Assembly (NCBI GenBank): GCA_963716375.1
Contig: OY970306.1
Location: 1,890,676-1,954,675 of the forward strand
Direction of reading: 5' to 3'
Source: an uncultured Chloroflexia bacterium
GTDB lineage: Bacteria > Chloroflexota > Limnocylindria > Limnocylindrales > CSP1-4
DNA: 64,000 nucleotides
Shown here in pieces: positions 63,943 through 64,000 of this stretch (position 1 is its first letter; each line of letters begins with the position of its first letter). Under the pieces are notes generated by a model. The model saw only the letters and a program-made list of their open reading frames with translations. It searched no databases and had not been told where the DNA came from. A program made the position numbers and the translations under genes.

Positions 63943-64000
63943 TCACATCACCTCTGGTCAGCGACTCGCGCGCCGCACCGGCTCACTGGCCGGCGGAAGG

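Overview
Very GC-rich bacterial chromosomal segment (about 70% G+C by eye, not computed). All product calls come from reading motifs in the supplied translations; no database search was possible. Gene content suggests an actinobacterium-like or other high-GC Terrabacteria lineage: an fhaA-fhaB-rodA-pbpA module, tig-clpP-clpX next to tRNA-Leu, and TAnnnT-type -10 boxes close to start codons. I support about 50 protein genes, one tRNA-Leu(UAG) and one T-box leader. Housekeeping backbone: yitJ-like homocysteine methyltransferase/MTHFR fusion, divergent metH, the FHA/RodA/PBP module, valS, clpX, clpP, tig, cinA, mrp/apbC and hisN. Accessory part: two tandem MFS transporters; an aldolase/oxidoreductase/fused sugar-permease operon; an operon of VirB11-like ATPase, ChlI-like AAA+, DMT permease and VWA protein; two ABC-2 exporters; and a GNAT. 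I saw no rRNA, CRISPR, transposase, integrase or recognisable defence system. Main observations: (1) at least eight genes carry frame disruptions, all in accessory or dispensable genes, while every long housekeeping ORF is intact; (2) a complete terminator-type T-box (Val) precedes valS; (3) a promoter, a Tat-signal-like mini-ORF and duplicated terminator hairpins precede an ABC-2 exporter; (4) the ATPase/AAA+/DMT/VWA operon has no assigned function; (5) an XRE-HTH is fused to a YraN-like nuclease core; (6) a roughly 1000-codon zinc-ribbon, acidic-repeat, proline-rich gene is broken inside a repeat. The many long antisense ORFs in the track are GC-composition artefacts.
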